Assembly: GCF_009914755.1 (NCBI RefSeq)
Contig: NC_060936.1
Reading direction: 5' to 3' (one strand)
DNA length: 64,000 nt
Source of the DNA: the human T2T-CHM13v2.0 reference genome, Homo sapiens
Shown: positions 63,207 to 64,000 of the stretch, in pieces
How the letters are laid out: each line of letters starts with the position of its first letter
Numbering within the stretch: position 1 is the stretch's first letter
Notes under the pieces: generated by a model
The model's input: the letters and a program-made list of their open reading frames with translations, nothing else
Database searches by the model: none
What the model was told of the DNA's origin: nothing
Position numbers and translations under genes: made by a program

Positions 63207-63634
63207 CTGTAAGAGCAAGGAACAGAGAAAATTAAATTTAAAGACAGTGTAACCTAGTATCTAGGTTCCCGGAAGCAATTAACGGCAAGCTCCTCCTGTC
63301 CCTGACGTACAATACAAAGAGTGGCTGTGGAGTCAAAAGGCTTGGATTTATTTTTATTTTTATTTTTTGAGACAGGGTCTTACTCTGTTGCCCATGCTGG
63401 AGGGCAGTGGCACTACAATAGCTCACTGCATCATCGATCTCCTGGGCATAAGCAATCCTCCCACCTCAGCCTCTCAAATCGCTTGGACTTGAAGCATGTG
63501 CCACCACACCTGCCTAATTAAAAAAAAATTTTTTTTTTGGCCAGGAGCTGTGGCTCACGCCAAGGCAGGTGGATTATCTGAGGTCAAGAGTTGGAGACCA
63601 GCCTGGCTAACATGGTGAAACACAGTCTCTACTA

Positions 63635-63793
<159 letters not shown>

Positions 63794-64000
63794 TCAAAAA
63801 AAAAATTTTTTTTTGTTTTTTTGTAGAGAAAGTTTCTTGCCATGTTGCGTAGGCTGGTCTTGAACTTCTGGGCTCAAGCAATCCTCTAACCTTGGCCTTC
63901 CAAAGTGTTGTGATGACAGGCATGAACCACTGCGCCCAGCCAGGATTGGATTTTTTTTTTTTTTTTTGAGAGAGAGTTTCGCTCTTGTCGCTCAGGCTGG

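Overview
Primate DNA that matches human chr12p13.31. It is very Alu-rich (I estimate over 100 Alu pieces) and covers the junction of the NANOG-SLC2A14 / NANOGP1-SLC2A3 tandem duplication. Left to right: (1) the 5' region of SLC2A14/GLUT14 on the minus strand, with three unrelated phase-0 N-terminal coding exons (an Alu/LTR12 chimera at 3642-3728, MDNRQN at 10132-10149, and a 44-codon exon at 31186-31317 in NANOG-type upstream DNA) plus its CpG-island promoter near 13 kb; (2) the four-exon NANOG duplicate NANOGP1 on the plus strand (Q9-stop, ORF from Met40, 266 aa, intact homeodomain and OCT4-SOX2 element); (3) exons 9-10 and the 3'UTR of SLC2A3/GLUT3 on the minus strand. The window also holds RPS20, MYL9 and PRDX5 processed pseudogenes, a Y1 RNA pseudogene, two LTR12, MER41A, MLT2A and MaLR LTRs, Tigger1 and L1/L2 fragments. 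The most notable structure is a ~1.1 kb inverted copy of NANOGP1 exon 4 plus 3'UTR inside NANOGP1 intron 2. Its inner ~565 bp differ from exon 4 at only 2 positions while its outer part has diverged. It brackets exon 3 and the exon-4 acceptors, so it could act as a dsRNA hairpin, a gene-conversion substrate or an inversion switch. Other highlights are a mutated SPOP degron, an LTR12C carrying a strong splice donor facing NANOGP1, a PRDX5 retrocopy that joins exon 1 to exon 5 inside an orphan CpG island, and a second, older inverted repeat at 41 kb / 47 kb. Gene and repeat names come from my recall of known sequences, not from a database search, and alignments were done by eye.
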